From Balanoglossus misakiensis (taxonomy: Eukaryota > Animalia > Hemichordata): a stretch of 64,000 nt of DNA. This document shows, piece by piece, positions 63,050 through 64,000 of this stretch; the first letter of the stretch is position 1; the number at the start of each line of letters is the position of its first letter. The notes under the pieces are model-generated. The model did not search any database, was not told where the DNA came from, and worked only from the letters and a program-made list of their open reading frames with translations. Position numbers and translations under genes: made by a program. The stretch lies in NCBI GenBank assembly GCA_040954595.2, contig CM082586.2, forward strand, positions 4,657,125-4,721,124. Direction: 5' to 3'.

Positions 63050-64000
63050 CGCAGCTCCCGGCGAGCGGCCCTGTGGGATTAATTCCTGGAGTGTTGTTGT
63101 CACTCATCTGGAATGCGTCACCGTTGCCGTGGCAATCGTCACATTGCAGAAGATGCCACCGAAATAGACACGGCGTGATGGGGTTTTATTGCGGGCCATA
63201 AAAACGCCCTGTAAAATGAAGCAGCGCGCTTTCCATGTGAAATGAGCACGCTTCTTTGTGCGCTTCTTCAGGGAAGCGACGCTGACAAAGCGCGAAGTAT
63301 TCAGATTTTTTTTTATGATTTCGTCCGTGTCGTTGTTTGAACGCCCTTTGAAAGAAGCCAATGGGTAACACGAATGATTGTCCGCGCGGAATCAATTCCA
63401 CCGAGGCCGGCAATTGAGGCTTGGGCAGCTTAGTGAGGCATCGTCAAACGGAGTCCAATTAAACTGCTTAAATTCTGTCGATTTCAATAGTTTCCGTGGC
63501 AAGCCAATTCGCTTCCCCATCGAATTGTTCCACGTGAAAGAAGACCGGAAAACGACCTTTAAAAAATCAAGCTGAATTCTGAGAATCGTTTATTATCAAA
63601 CCTTGTCCTATACACTCTGAAGGTTTTTTTGTTTGCTGTGTTATAAGTACGCGTGTAAATTTGTACAAAGACAACCCCAGACGTGTCAGCCTATTTACCG
63701 TCTATTTACAAGACGGTTAAGTTTGATAAATATCGTAATTTAGGCCAATTTACGGTAATTTTATATGCAAATGTCATTAGACTGTGCTGATGATCACCAA
63801 GACGTGTGACTTCAGCTCGCCGAGATTCGTCATTTTGTCGCTTCCCTGGTGCAGTTCAACGATAGTAATATTCTGTCGTAAAGGAGTACAGTCACCTCTG
63901 ATTTACATACGCCCGTATGGTTTGTTACGATTGTACTACAAATGCATATAATTTAAATATCAGTGGTGGATGAACAATAAGGGTGTACGTCATTAACATA

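Overview
Intron-rich animal genomic DNA, not prokaryotic; the supplied ORF track ignores splicing. An invertebrate deuterostome such as a hemichordate or other ambulacrarian is plausible, but that is inference only. I rebuilt the gene models by hand from splice sites and reading-frame phase. In order: a 5'-truncated SLC16/MCT transporter (+), a two-exon GT32 DXD glycosyltransferase (+), an 18-exon divergent GABA-B-type class C GPCR (-, one GC-AG intron), a three-exon C19orf81-like gene (-), an AIG1/ADTRP (FAR-17a) membrane hydrolase locus (-), a Schnurri/HIVEP gene (+, 40-nt first coding exon plus one 9.6-kb exon), an uncharacterised coiled-coil gene (-), and a gene-poor region from about 48 to 64 kb. 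The main finding is the AIG1/ADTRP locus. It has five tandem, strongly diverged first coding exons, each with its own ATG, the first TM helix and the catalytic Thr motif. All five end in a phase-0 donor in front of one shared set of four constant exons that carries the catalytic His. This resembles the variable/constant layout of UGT1A and clustered protocadherins, here in a lipid hydrolase.
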